Assembly (NCBI GenBank): GCA_051294375.1
Contig: CM119268.1
Coordinates: forward strand, 22,155,165-22,219,164
DNA from: Paraspadella gotoi
Taxonomy: Eukaryota; Animalia; Chaetognatha
Direction: 5' to 3'
Length of the DNA: 64,000 nucleotides
Both the position numbers and the translations under genes were made by a program. The notes below the pieces were generated by a model. That model was not told the origin of the DNA, searched no databases, and was given only the letters and a program-made list of their open reading frames with translations. Positions 61,801-64,000 of the stretch are shown in pieces. Within the stretch, counting starts at the first letter, position 1. The number at the start of each line of letters is the position of its first letter.

Positions 61801-62884
61801 CGTCCGGGATGTCCGATCGGAGACGAAGACGTTGCCGACGTTGCCGACGCGGCTGCCGGAGCCGGAACTGAACCCAACGCCGGCGCCGTGATGACCCTCG
61901 TTGACCCGGATGTTGAAACGGGCGCGCTTTCGGTCGCGGACGGCGCGGCGTCCCTGAGAGACGCCGGAACCGCCGCTGCTGACGTAACGCACGCCGCCGC
62001 CGCCGCCTCCGCCGCTGCAGTGAGATTTGTGTGACGCGCGGAGAGAAACGACGCTGCTTTCACTGTCGGTTCGATGAAGGCTTCGATCGGAATCGAATCT
62101 GTAGATGGGGGGGGGATTAAAATGTGAGCTTTATTTTCTCAAACAGGACAATTTCAACTTAAATTAAGGGATTGAATCGGGTTTTTAAATTTAAACATTA
62201 GGTTAGAGGTTAAAGATCAAATTAAAGAATACGGTTCGGGAGTAAGTTAATTATGGTTAGGAACTTGGGTTTAAAGATATGGGTTAGGGTTAAAGATTAA
62301 AGAATAGTATTAGGGTTATAGATTAGAGATTAGGGTTAGAGTTAAATATTTAATTAGGGTTAAGCTTTGAGGTTAGGGATTAGGGTATAAGTTTTAAAAT
62401 AAGTCAAGGTTAAAAATTAAGGTTATAATTAAGTTAAAGAACTATGGAACAGAAATAGGTCGCTTTTGGAAAAGAGAATGTGATTTTGGAAATCGAGTCA
62501 AAACTGTAGAGTAAATAGACAATTTTTTTTTAATTTAGAAGATCTCACATGAATTAAAGAACATACTTCTAGATGTAATAAAAACGTAATTTTTAAAATG
62601 TACTAATGTACCAATGTACTAATGTAGTAATGGTCCAATTTTGCTAATGTTAATAATAGTAAATCGGGAAGAAACCATCAGGGGCGCTTCTTAATCGACA
62701 CGTTAAAGATGGAAGGGGAAAGGCTTTTGTGTGTGTTGGGGTGCAGAGAGAGAGAGAAGAGAGAGGGAAAGAGAGAAGGGAAATATTTGAGTGGGAACTG
62801 GGAATCTGCCTTCAAAAAAAAATAATCGAAAAATGGAAAAAGCGAAATAAAAAGAGGAGATGAATAGAAAGGGGAATGGAATTG

Positions 62885-62974
<90 letters not shown>

Positions 62975-63086
62975 GCGATCGCCCCTAAAATCTTTTCACC
63001 GCATTGACTTTACCCTTGCCTGATACAGCAAAGGGTTCAACTCAAGGTTTCCTTGATCATTGGATTTAGCAATTTCCACATACCTC

Positions 63087-63156
<70 letters not shown>

Positions 63157-63223
63157 TACGAAAAATCTTTTTAGTTTTCGACGCCTGAGATGAATTTTTT
63201 CTAAGATGAAAAGTTTCCCCCCG

Positions 63224-63300
<77 letters not shown>

Positions 63301-63708
63301 CATCTCTCCTCCCTTCTCGGCCATTTTTTAATCAAATCATTTTCTCCCCGATCCATATTTTTTAAATTGAATAAAACCCAACCTCATTTTTGATGCACAT
63401 AATTTTTTTTGGTTATAATGAAAATCGTTTAAAAGCTAAAAGTGATAAATTTAAAGTTTGTTATTTAAAATCCTCGTTGTTCAAGAATTAATCCCTGAGA
63501 TGTTATCTCCGCGATATTGGGAGAAAAGGAATGAAAAAAAATCACAAAATTTGTTGTTGAAGAGATAATAGTTTAGTATAAAGAAATTCGTAGTAGGATT
63601 TGGCAAATAAAAATAAAAATGCACATGTAAATCCTACTACGATTTGCTCTATACTAAATAACAAAATTATTTGTTTTTTATATTTTAAATCATTTACTTT
63701 TTTTAAAT

Positions 63709-63768
<60 letters not shown>

Positions 63769-64000
63769 TCATTCAATCATTCATTCACTCATTCACTCAT
63801 TCACTCATTCATTCATTCATTCATTCATTCATTCATTCATTCATTCATTCTACGATTCCAACTCCGCGATAACTATGAAACACTGTTAAACTAGAAATAT
63901 AATCATCAAGTCTAAACTAATTTCAACCCCTCACTCTCACCTGGCCAACGGTCCCCCTACCCCTCCTCCTCCTCCTCCTCCTCCTCCTCCTCTTCCTCCG
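58806..64000 (-). CDS. Unidentified protein, 3' portion: low-complexity Ser/Pro/Ala/Glu-rich disordered C-terminus with PPxY motifs
   Basis: Phase-consistent GC-rich exons at 63941-64000 (partial), 60961-62098, 60430-60681, 60004-60167, 59745-59821 and 58806-59572 (TAG), with canonical splice sites. They join supplied ORFs 60850..61992, 60406..60672 and 58806..59609 into one frame. No recognisable domain lies in the window. Confidence 0.75.
60200..60332. repeat. Intronic 30-bp minisatellite (taagggcctttaatgttaacagttaaatac), four copies
   Basis: Directly visible tandem copies. Confidence 0.9.
61476..61580 (-). repeat. Coding 21-bp tandem repeat (GATNSPY heptad, five copies)
   Basis: Plus-strand unit aggagagttcgtggcgccgta, in frame within exon 60961-62098. 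Confidence 0.9.
62130..62480. mobile_element. Inverted degenerate copy of the CCCTAA-containing MITE family
   Basis: A ttagggtt-rich interior ends in AAATAGGTCGCTTTTGGAAAAG. Confidence 0.4.

Overview
This is eukaryotic (animal) genomic DNA from a gapped draft assembly. It is dense in microsatellites ((GA)n, (GAC)n, (ATAA)n, (ATTG)n, (AAT)n) and has N-gaps and several indel-rich stretches that look like uncorrected long reads. Nearly all ORFs in the supplied track are repeat artefacts; the real genes are spliced. I reconstructed three genes by hand. (1) PPP4R4, the PP4 regulatory subunit 4, lies on the + strand at about 15431-49768; some of its exons appear two or three times because of a 2.7-kb tandem duplication and an 11-kb direct-plus-inverted duplication block. 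(2) An hnRNP L/smooth orthologue lies on the - strand at 51521-58199, with 14 phase-consistent exons and four RRMs. (3) The 3' part of an unidentified - strand gene runs from 58806 past the window end and encodes a disordered tail with PPxY motifs and a heptad repeat. Noisy candidate exons of a fourth gene sit at about 7.3-8.8 kb. Several MITE families, a tRNA-derived SINE head and a tRNA-Leu 3' fragment with CCA are also present. The most notable observations are five PPP4R4 exons whose 3' ends (four with the splice donor) are tandemly re-copied into the intron, a candidate poison exon in the hnRNP L intron equivalent to the vertebrate autoregulatory intron 6, a tRNA 3' half whose homology stops next to m1G37, a hAT MITE with both filled and empty sites in the window, and a multi-hairpin intronic element. 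No database searches were run; homology calls come from recalled sequences.
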